A stretch of 64,000 nucleotides of DNA from Octopus bimaculoides (taxonomy: Eukaryota). Shown piece after piece: positions 63,953-64,000 of this stretch (its first letter is position 1; the number at the start of each line of letters is the position of its first letter). The DNA lies in assembly GCF_001194135.2 (NCBI RefSeq), contig NC_068989.1, positions 69,739,060 through 69,803,059 on the forward strand, in the 5' to 3' direction. The notes beneath the pieces were generated by a model. The model ran no database searches, had not been told where the DNA came from, and saw only the letters and a list, made by a program, of their open reading frames with translations. The position numbers were made by a program, and so were the translations under genes.

Positions 63953-64000
63953 GTATATGTATATATATATGTATATGTATATATATATGTATATATATAT

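Noticed and set aside
1-64000. Genuine tRNA/rRNA genes, CRISPR arrays or prokaryotic systems
   Set aside because: tRNA-like segments are SINE heads without cloverleaf completion. No repeat-spacer array; the sequence is eukaryotic in character.

Overview
AT-rich, CpG-depleted, repeat-dense eukaryotic DNA from a short-read-style assembly with 10 N-gaps, most flanked by (TA)n/(CA)n. The repeat repertoire resembles an octopod (Octopus-like) genome; that assignment is my inference from recognition and was not searched. No intact host gene is recognisable. The long ORFs in the track are N-gap or microsatellite artefacts, and the window reads as intronic or intergenic with only weak candidate small exons. 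What can be supported is a layered mobile-element landscape. (1) Three tRNA-headed SINE families; one has an internal microsatellite and two alternative 3' tails, one of them shared with an RTE LINE whose 3' end is also present. (2) Two TTAA-flanked piggyBac-type MITE families, with MITE-A nested in MITE-B twice. (3) A hAT/Charlie deletion derivative retaining the transposase C-terminus. (4) A decayed rosa/DD41D-like Tc1/mariner transposase, mariner MITEs and decayed LINE RT fragments. The most interesting signals are three different minimal type-I hammerhead-ribozyme motifs of the Penelope-like-element/retrozyme type (52451-52495 +, 56064-56101 +, 60985-61021 -), each beside a microsatellite. 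Also notable are a near-perfect 98-bp-arm hairpin (19589-19798) and several other inverted repeats that could form dsRNA if transcribed.
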